NCBI RefSeq assembly: GCF_003334785.1
Contig: NZ_QOWV01000042.1
Strand: one strand, 5' to 3'
DNA from: Escherichia coli
GTDB taxonomy: Bacteria; Pseudomonadota; Gammaproteobacteria; Enterobacterales; Enterobacteriaceae
Length of the DNA: 5,682 bases
The notes below the pieces were generated by a model. The model had not been told where the DNA came from. It did no database searches and saw only the letters and a program-made list of their open reading frames with translations. The position numbers were made by a program, and so were the translations under genes. Below, in pieces: positions 1-5,100 of this stretch (the stretch's first letter is position 1; the number at the start of each line of letters is the position of its first letter).

Positions 1-68
1 GGTCATCGCCGAAACTGACGGTTTTCAGACTCTTGATCTCATCGTCCAGATAGCGGTTCAGCTCGAGG
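1..68. repeat. Partial copy of the same 75-bp repeat unit at the window start
   Basis: Positions 1-68 are near-identical to repeat units at 5163-5230. The array of copy A continues beyond the window edge. Confidence 0.85.
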
Positions 69-229
69 TGTTCATAATCTTCACTGACGCTAAAACTCTT
101 AACATTTTGTAGCATCTTATATTCGTACTTCAGCTTCTCTATTAACTCATTACTTAAATCATCAAGAGCATCATGGTCATATTTCGATGACATCAGATGC
201 GATTTTTTAATCATAAATCTGCCATCCAT
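1..229 (-). CDS. Acidic tandem-repeat protein, copy A, N-terminal part only (3' end beyond window start)
   Basis: ATG at 229-227 (minus) with SD AAGGAG at 241-236 and a 6-nt spacer, 13 nt after the stop of the upstream PIN-like gene. Hand translation of 229..2 is open throughout: MDGRFMIKKSHLMSSKYDHDALDDLSNELIEKLKYEYKMLQNVKSFSVSEDYEHLELNRYLDDEIKSLKTVSFGDD. The last residues are the first copy of the 25-aa repeat seen in full at 5101-5652. Not in the ORF track because it has no stop inside the window. Confidence 0.6.
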   Translation of the reverse strand, partial: MDGRFMIKKSHLMSSKYDHDALDDLSNELIEKLKYEYKMLQNVKSFSVSEDYEHLELNRYLDDEIKSLKTVSFGDD

Positions 230-242
230 ATGATACTCCTTC

Positions 243-1427
243 TTACTCTGTTATTGATGAAAGGATTGAGCTCATCTTCTGAATAGAAGATAACTTTCCT
301 TTCATTAGAAGTCTAATTTTAGCCATTATCTCAGGATCTGTCGCAGATTCTAGCTTTTTAGATAGACCAGCAATTTCTGCCTTTTCTCTTTTTATTCTGT
401 TTTCTAGGAGTGCTCGGTGTTCACTGTTGCTTGTGTTACTTCCAGCTCCATACCCATTCCCTGTTGAAATGTTGAGGTTTTCGGTGTTTATTTTAAGATC
501 GAATGCGTTGTTTATATTTAAGATTAGTTCTTTTGTGTTTATTACATCAAAAAATTGAACGCTTGAGTTATTTAGCATTTCCTCTCTTAATATAGCGTGA
601 ACGCCTTTGTTTTCTCTATTTTCTTTATCTCTACCAACTTTAAATATGAAGTCATCTTTTGCATCATTAGTGATTAGGAAAACGTTTTTCGCACCTGTTG
701 ATGCGGCATGCTCTAGAGTTTCTTTCCATATGTAGAAATCACCATAAGCTCTTTGATAAGTAATGCCGTCATAAGAGAATATATTGTCTGGCTTTCCTAC
801 CTTGTCTGCGTCACAGAATCCAGGGGGCGTTTTTAATTCATACCTTGATTTACATTCAGCATCTAATCCATTAATGTATTCTTGGTCCTTTTTTACGCCT
901 ATTTTTCCAGAGAATATGTTGTCAATCCATTCTCTATGTATGTCTTTTGTATTTAACTCATCAATTGATTCATTGAGTTTTCCATACATATCCTCTAGTC
1001 CTGAGTTTAATAAATCAATGGATTTTTTTATTAACTCAGATACTTGTCTGTTTAGCCCTTCGTAATGCCTTGCTTTGGAGTTGTTGCATTTTTCTAATAG
1101 TTTTGATGAATAAGATAATAAATCAACAACAGGAGATGTTGTTGTTGATATCAAGTGTTTCTGATCGTCGATAACCCCTAATCTTCTTCTCTGATACTCC
1201 AACGCAGTAAAATAAGGGAGATATATATTTTCTCTTATCTGTTCTATTGATTTCTTTATCGCAGATATTGTTTCCTGGTTGTTTCTATATAGGTCTAATA
1301 TGACATTGGTGTCAAAAACAAATAATGTATCATCTGCCCTGTATATATCAGGATTGTCCTTTATGTTGCCTGTATAAAATCCTTTAAACATATCCCTCAT
1401 CGACATAAAAAAGCCCCTATTATTCAT
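243..1427 (-). CDS. PIN-like (VapC-type) putative nuclease with a large internal insertion and a C-terminal coiled-coil tail
   Basis: Long minus-strand ORF (track 243..1493, stop TAA at 245-243). Contains FDTNVILDL (first PIN acidic motif), a conserved Glu in TALEYQ about 38 residues later, and LITNDAKDDF (the T-x-D-x-D-F motif typical of VapC/PIN) about 215 residues after the first Asp, implying an inserted domain. The track's first codon at 1493-1491 is TTG, not ATG. In-frame ATGs at 1472, 1427 and 1406 are alternatives; 1406 has a GGGG SD-like run 7 nt upstream. A perfect TTGACA on the minus strand at 1469-1464 could be a -35 element. The gene is strongly AT-rich compared with the plasmid backbone. 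Confidence 0.7.
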   Translation of the reverse strand: MNNRGFFMSMRDMFKGFYTGNIKDNPDIYRADDTLFVFDTNVILDLYRNNQETISAIKKSIEQIRENIYLPYFTALEYQRRRLGVIDDQKHLISTTTSPVVDLLSYSSKLLEKCNNSKARHYEGLNRQVSELIKKSIDLLNSGLEDMYGKLNESIDELNTKDIHREWIDNIFSGKIGVKKDQEYINGLDAECKSRYELKTPPGFCDADKVGKPDNIFSYDGITYQRAYGDFYIWKETLEHAASTGAKNVFLITNDAKDDFIFKVGRDKENRENKGVHAILREEMLNNSSVQFFDVINTKELILNINNAFDLKINTENLNISTGNGYGAGSNTSNSEHRALLENRIKREKAEIAGLSKKLESATDPEIMAKIRLLMKGKLSSIQKMSSILSSITE

Positions 1428-1501
1428 TTCTGTTTTGTTCTTTTCGTCAGTTGCTGACTCTTGTGTCAACATCAAAATCAATCGATCATGCAAATGATCT
1501 C

Positions 1502-1530
1502 TTGAGATTCCTTTTTTCTACGCGTAATCT
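1502..1530 (+). promoter_or_regulatory. RNA II (replication primer) promoter
   Basis: -35 TTGAGA at 1502-1507, 17-bp spacer, -10 TAATCT at 1525-1530. This matches the ColE1/pMB1 RNA II promoter arrangement. Confidence 0.8.
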
Positions 1531-1542
1531 TTCTTCCTGTAA

Positions 1543-1646
1543 ACGAAAAAACCACCCTGGCAGGTGGTCTTTTCGAAGGTTAGATAATCCTGGCAGATTC
1601 TCTAACCGTGGTAACAGTCTTGTGCGAGACATGTCACCAAATCCGT
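1543..1646 (-). ncRNA. RNA I, antisense copy-number control RNA
   Basis: Minus-strand promoter with -35 TTGAAG (complement of 1682-1677) and -10 TACACT (complement of 1658-1653). Predicted start is near 1646. Intrinsic terminator is the hairpin at 1551-1568 followed on the minus strand by a U-run (complement of 1545-1550). Length is about 100 nt, as expected for RNA I. Confidence 0.75.
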
Positions 1647-1652
1647 CCTTTC

Positions 1653-1682
1653 AGTGTAGCCTCACTCAGGCCACCACTTCAA
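1653..1682 (-). promoter_or_regulatory. RNA I promoter
   Basis: Same hexamers and position relative to RNA II as in pMB1/ColE1 (TTGAAG, 18-bp spacer, TACACT). Confidence 0.7.
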
Positions 1683-2049
1683 GAACTCTCGATACATCTC
1701 TCGCACATCCTGTTTACCAGTGGCCGTTGCCAATGGCGATTAGTCGTGTCTTTTCGGGTTGGACTCAAGACGATAGTTACCGGATAAGGCGCAGCGGTCG
1801 GACTGAACGGGGGGTTCGTGCATACAGTCCAGCTTGGAGCGAACTGCCTACCCGGAACTGAGTGTCAGGCGTGGAATGAGAAACCGCGGCCATAACAGCG
1901 GAATGACACCGGTAAACCGAAAGGCAGGAACAGGAGAGCGCACGAGGGAGCCACCAGGGGGAAACGCCTGGTATCTTTATAGTCCTGTCGGGTTTCGCCA
2001 CCTCTGACTTGAGCGTCGATTTTTGTGATGCTCGTCAGGGGGGCGGAGC

Positions 2050-2060
2050 CTATGGAAAAA
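2050..2060 (+). other. Origin of replication (RNA II to DNA transition, oriV)
   Basis: The motif gcggagcctatggaaaaa lies about 520 nt downstream of the RNA II start, corresponding to the ColE1 primer processing and DNA start point. Confidence 0.65.
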
Positions 2061-2299
2061 GCGCCTGCGGCGCGGCCTTTTTCGGGGTTTCCGTTTTTGC
2101 GCACATGTTCTTTCCCGGGTTATCCCCGGATTCTGTGGATAACTGTGTTACCGTTTTTGTGTGAGTCAGTACCGCTCGCCGCAGCCGAACGACCGAGCGT
2201 AGCGAGTCAGTGAGCGAGGAAGCGGAAGAGCGCCGGAAGCTACATTTTCTCCTTACGCATCTGTGCGGCATTTCACACCCGGCATGGTGCACTTTTCAT

Positions 2300-2400
2300 A
2301 CCATCCGCACTGATGCTGCATGAGTAAGCCAGTATACACTCCGCTATCGCTACGTGACTGGGTCATGGCTGCGCCCCGACACCCGCAAGGTCAACGGCCT
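2300..2400 (-). other. bom / oriT (basis of mobility) with nic region
   Basis: taagccagtatacactccgctatcgctacgtgactgggtcatggctgcgccccgacacccgc is near-identical to the pBR322/ColE1 bom region and lies between ori and rop as in those plasmids. The nick is expected on the minus strand within the complement of taagccag (2325-2332). Confidence 0.7.
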
Positions 2401-2477
2401 GACGCGCCCTGACGGGCTTGTCTGCTCCCGGCATCCGCTCACAGGCAAGCTGTGACCGTCTCCGGGAGCTGTATGTG

Positions 2478-2669
2478 TCAGAGGTTTTCACCGTCATCAC
2501 CGAAACGCGCGAGGCAGCTGCGGTAAAGCTCATCAGCGTGGTCGTGAAGCGATTCACAGATGTCTGCCTGTTCATCCGCGTCCAGTTCGTTGAGTTTCTC
2601 CAGCAGCGTTAATGTCTGGCTTCTGATAAAGCGGGCCATGTTAAGGGCGGTTTTTTCCTGTTTAGTCAC
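2478..2669 (-). CDS. rop: Rop/Rom, RNA I-RNA II pairing modulator
   Basis: 63-aa ORF MTKQEKTALNMARFIRSQTLTLLEKLNELDADEQADICESLHDHADELYRSCLARFGDDGENL, recognised as the Rop protein. It converges on RNA II, as in pBR322. Confidence 0.95.
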   Translation of the reverse strand: MTKQEKTALNMARFIRSQTLTLLEKLNELDADEQADICESLHDHADELYRSCLARFGDDGENL

Positions 2670-2701
2670 TGATGCCTCCGTGTAAGGGGGGATTTCTGTT
2701 C

Positions 2702-3058
2702 ATGGGGGTAATGATACCGATGAAACGCGAGAGGATGCTCACCATACGGGTTACTGATGATGAACATGCCCGGTTACTGGAACGCTGTGAGGGTAAACAA
2801 CTGGCGGTATGGATGCGGCGGGTCTGCCTGGGTGAGCCGGTTGCCCGTTCCGGGAAGCTGCCGACACTGGCACCGCCGTTACTGCGCCAGCTGGCTGCCA
2901 TCGGGAATAACCTGAATCAGACAGCGAGGAAGGTGAACAGCGGGCAGTGGTCTTCCGGCGACCGGGTTCAGGTGGTGGCCGCACTGATGGCCATCGAGAG
3001 AGAGTTGCGCAGCTTACGGCAGGTCGTCAGGGGACAGGGAGCGCGGGATGATAGTTAA
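2702..3058 (+). CDS. mbeC: Mobilization accessory protein MbeC (MobC family, ribbon-helix-helix)
   Basis: Translation ...MLTIRVTDDEHARLLERCEGKQLAVWMRRVCLGEPVARSGKLPTLAPPLLRQLAAIGNNLNQTARKVNSGQWS... matches the ColE1-family MbeC fold. The 5' part is colinear with the mob remnant retained in pBR322. Start is uncertain among ATGs at 2702, 2711, 2720 and 2735; 2702 has an AAGGGGGG run about 10 nt upstream. The stop overlaps the mbeA start. Confidence 0.8.
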   Translation: MGVMIPMKRERMLTIRVTDDEHARLLERCEGKQLAVWMRRVCLGEPVARSGKLPTLAPPLLRQLAAIGNNLNQTARKVNSGQWSSGDRVQVVAALMAIERELRSLRQVVRGQGARDDS

Positions 3059-3424
3059 GTTTCATGCCAGGGGGAAAGGTGGTGGCAGTGGTCCGGTTGA
3101 TTACCTTCTGGGAAGGGAGCGTAACCGGGAAGGTGCAACGGTACTGCAGGGTAACCCGGAAGAAGTCCGGGAACTCATCGATGCCACGCCATTTGCGAAG
3201 AAATATACGTCCGGTGTTCTGTCGTTCGCGGAGAAGGAACTGCCGCCGGGAGGACGTGAAAAAGTTATGGCGAGCTTTGAGCGTGTACTGATGCCCGGTC
3301 TTGAAAAAAATCAGTACAGCATCCTGTGGGTGGAGCACCAGGACAAGGGACGGCTTGAGCTGAATTTTGTCATTCCGAACATGGAGCTACAGAGCGGAAA
3401 ACGCCTCCAGCCGTACTACGACCG

Positions 3425-3476
3425 GGCAGACAGGCCGAGAATTGATGCCTGGCAGACAGGCCGAGAATTGATGCCT
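3425..3476. repeat. Exact 26-bp tandem duplication inside mbeA
   Basis: Two perfect adjacent copies of ggcagacaggccgagaattgatgcct, followed by a further partial copy ggcagac. 26 is not a multiple of 3, so the duplication shifts the frame. Confidence 0.9.
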
Positions 3477-3761
3477 GGCAGACGCTGGTTAATCACCATT
3501 ACGGGCTGCATGACCCCAACGCCCCGGAGAACCGCCGGATACTGACTCTCTCTGATAACCTGCCGGAAACGAAACAGGCGCTTGCAGAGAGCGTCACACG
3601 CGGGATAGACGCTCTTTATCATGTCGGGGAGATAAAAGGCCGTCAGGATGTGATTCAGGCGCTCACAGAGGCAGGGCTTGAAGTGGTCAGGGTGACGCGA
3701 AGCAGTATCAGCATTGCAGACCCGAACGGTGGGAAGAATATCAGGCTGAAAGGAGCATTTT

Positions 3762-4292
3762 ATGAGCAATCTTTTACAGACGGGCGCGGAGTTCGAGAAA
3801 AAGCTGAAAGAGAGAGCCGAATCTACAGAGACAATGCTGAACGACGAGTTCAGGAAGCTCGAAGAATCTGTAAACAGGGAGCTGACCTCAAACGAATCTT
3901 TAATCAGGAACGCTATCAACGACCATACAGCAGCCCTGAAAGAACTTCTGGAGAGGTATCAGAAAACGACCGTCAGCACGATGGACACACACTGGCAAAC
4001 CGTGCTGAAAATGAGCGTGAAACGCTGGCTGTGGCTGATTATCGTCTCAGTACTGATGTTTGCCACGACCGGGAGTCTGCTGTGGTACCAGGGCATGAAG
4101 ATAAACGAGAATATGAATATTCTCCGCGAGCAGAAAGAGAGTCTGGAGAAGCTGAACGCGAAGACATGGGGCGTGCGTTATCACGAGGACAGCAACGGAC
4201 GTTTTCTGGTGTTGCCGAAGGGGATGAAAGCCGAAACGAACTGGACGAAGGACAACGGCAAACTGAACGCAGTGAGACTGGTGCAGGAGTGA
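3762..4292 (+). CDS. mbeB: Mobilization protein MbeB (nested within mbeA in an alternative frame)
   Basis: 176-aa ORF starting MSNLLQTGAEFEKKLKERAES with a hydrophobic segment WLWLIIVSVLMFATTGSLLW. RBS AGGAG is 6 nt upstream of the ATG. Overlapping arrangement inside mbeA is as in ColE1. Confidence 0.8.
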   Translation: MSNLLQTGAEFEKKLKERAESTETMLNDEFRKLEESVNRELTSNESLIRNAINDHTAALKELLERYQKTTVSTMDTHWQTVLKMSVKRWLWLIIVSVLMFATTGSLLWYQGMKINENMNILREQKESLEKLNAKTWGVRYHEDSNGRFLVLPKGMKAETNWTKDNGKLNAVRLVQE

Positions 4293-4298
4293 CAGAGC

Positions 4299-4532
4299 AT
4301 GACGGAGCTGGAAAGACATTTGCTGAACGCCTTAGAGCAACTGCAACAGGACTATATGCAGCGGCTGAACGAATGGGAGAGCGCCTTCGTGGAATTGCAG
4401 AAAATGTTTTCGCTTACGCAACGGGACAACGCGATGCTGAACGAGCGGGTCATGCAGTTGAGTCAGCAGGTGCAGCACTTGAGCGAGCGGACAGAACGCT
4501 TGAGCCAGTTATACAGCGAGAACAGGAGATAA
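4299..4532 (+). CDS. mbeD: Mobilization protein MbeD (nested within mbeA)
   Basis: 77-aa ORF MTELERHLLNALEQLQQDYMQRLNEWESAFVELQ..., predicted coiled coil. AGGAG lies 9 nt upstream of the ATG. Position immediately after mbeB is as in ColE1. Confidence 0.7.
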   Translation: MTELERHLLNALEQLQQDYMQRLNEWESAFVELQKMFSLTQRDNAMLNERVMQLSQQVQHLSERTERLSQLYSENRR

Positions 4533-4632
4533 GGGACGAACGGCTGATACAGGAGCGCGAACATGCGTTATCCCTGGAGCGTGAGCGCCAGCCGGAAATA
4601 CAGGAACGCACACTGGATGGCCCTTCGCTGGG

Positions 4633-4839
4633 ATGGTAATCAGAGACAGGCTAAAATGTTGTCAGCGCGTTTCCGGTGCATTTTTTGGGATAATGGTTGG
4701 TTCGGGGGCACCGGGAACGCGCTTCAGTCAGACCTTGCTGAAAACACAGGAACGCGTTAAAACGCATACGGGCGCGATTCTGGTGTATCTTTTGTTGCTG
4801 TGTTTTGCCGTTATTGCCAGATCGCGCTCATTCCCCTGA
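4633..4839 (+). CDS. Small hydrophobic protein, possible MbeE
   Basis: 68-aa ORF whose ATG overlaps the mbeA stop (ATGGTAA) and which has a hydrophobic stretch ILVYLLLLCFAVIA. No convincing SD. Assignment is by position only. Confidence 0.3.
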   Translation: MVIRDRLKCCQRVSGAFFGIMVGSGAPGTRFSQTLLKTQERVKTHTGAILVYLLLLCFAVIARSRSFP

Positions 4840-4879
4840 ATTTCTGTTTTTCCGCTCCGGTTCCGTCTTCTGCCTTTCC

Positions 4880-5090
4880 GAAAGTATGAAAAAAATCCGT
4901 TTCAGCAGTCTCTGGCTGGAAATTCCTGCGTGATTCACATGGCTGCATAGCTATGCATGTGGTTAAAATTTACCGGGTGCGATCGCGGCAGTTTTTCGGG
5001 TGGTTTGTTGCCATTTTTACCTGTCTGCTGCCGTGATCGCACCGAACGCGTTTCAGTGGTGCGTACAATGGGATGTTATGGTAAATGGCT
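4880..5090. other. cer-like XerCD multimer-resolution site with upstream accessory sequences
   Basis: Core ggtgcgtacaa-tgggatg-ttatggtaaat at 5058-5086 resembles the ColE1 cer XerC arm, central region and XerD arm. Upstream sequence gcggcagtttttcgggtggtttgttgccatttttacctgtctgctgccgtgatcgc and the palindrome tgcatagctatgca resemble the cer accessory and ArgR-box region. Confidence 0.7.
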
Positions 5091-5100
5091 CTCGCTAGTT

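Larger units (their letters stand above)
1537..2057 (+). ncRNA. RNA II, ColE1-type replication primer precursor
   Basis: Region downstream of the RNA II promoter is recognisably colinear with the ColE1/pMB1 origin, for example ccaccacttcaagaactct, ggactcaagacgatagttaccggataaggcgcagcggtcgg and gggaaacgcctggtatctttatagtcctgtcgggtttcgccacctctgacttgagcgtcgatttttgtgatgctcgtcaggggggcggagcctatggaaaaa. Ends are approximate. Confidence 0.8.
3048..4639 (+). pseudogene. mbeA: MbeA relaxase (HEN family), frameshifted by a 26-bp tandem duplication
   Basis: ORF 3048..3545 begins MIVKFHARGKGGGSGPVDYLLG and carries WVEHQDKGRLELNFVIPN, the catalytic Tyr and HEN motif of MbeA-type relaxases. ORF 3650..4639 is in another frame and is the relaxase C-terminal region. 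The unit ggcagacaggccgagaattgatgcct occurs twice in tandem (3425-3450 and 3451-3476). Deleting one copy joins the two ORFs into a single reading frame of about 520 codons (...RIDAWQTLVNHHYGLHDPNAPENRRILTLSDNLPET...). RBS AGGGAG sits 6 nt before the ATG. Confidence 0.85.
1500..5095 (+). mobile_element. ColE1/pMB1-type mobilizable plasmid backbone (ori, bom, rop, mbe genes, cer)
   Basis: Complete colinear set of ColE1-family replication, copy-control, mobilization and multimer-resolution elements in canonical order. Confidence 0.8.

Noticed and set aside
784-1065. 93-aa plus-strand ORF inside the PIN-like gene
   Set aside because: Antisense to the long motif-bearing minus-strand ORF and low-complexity; likely spurious.
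1491-1493. Start of the PIN-like gene at the first codon of the track ORF
   Set aside because: That codon is TTG and would leave no room for a promoter before the RNA II -35 element. The in-frame ATGs at 1427 or 1406 are more plausible, though unproven.
1451-2292. Several overlapping ORFs on both strands (1451..1861, 1777..2001, 1865..2104, 2025..2213, 2050..2292)
   Set aside because: They lie inside the RNA II / RNA I / origin region, which is known to be non-coding in ColE1-type plasmids. These are chance ORFs in GC-rich structured sequence.
2363-2612. ORFs 2363..2575 (-) and 2418..2612 (+) overlapping bom and rop
   Set aside because: They overlap the well-supported rop gene in other frames or strands and the bom site, and have no independent support.
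2662-3338. Minus-strand ORFs 2662..2901, 2751..2984, 3027..3338 and plus-strand 3064..3291
   Set aside because: They are antisense or alternative-frame ORFs within mbeC and mbeA, typical of GC-rich coding sequence. The mbeC and mbeA frames carry the recognisable protein motifs.
3416-3919. 167-aa minus-strand ORF antisense to mbeA
   Set aside because: No recognisable motifs or start context. It is antisense to a confidently identified relaxase gene and partly exists because of the duplicated 26-mer region.
4047-4319. 90-aa minus-strand ORF antisense to mbeB
   Set aside because: Antisense shadow ORF within mbeB; no support.
4563-4760. 65-aa plus-strand ORF overlapping the mbeA 3' end as an alternative MbeE candidate
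   Set aside because: No SD and no distinctive features. The 4633..4839 ORF is at least coupled to the mbeA stop, though both are weak.
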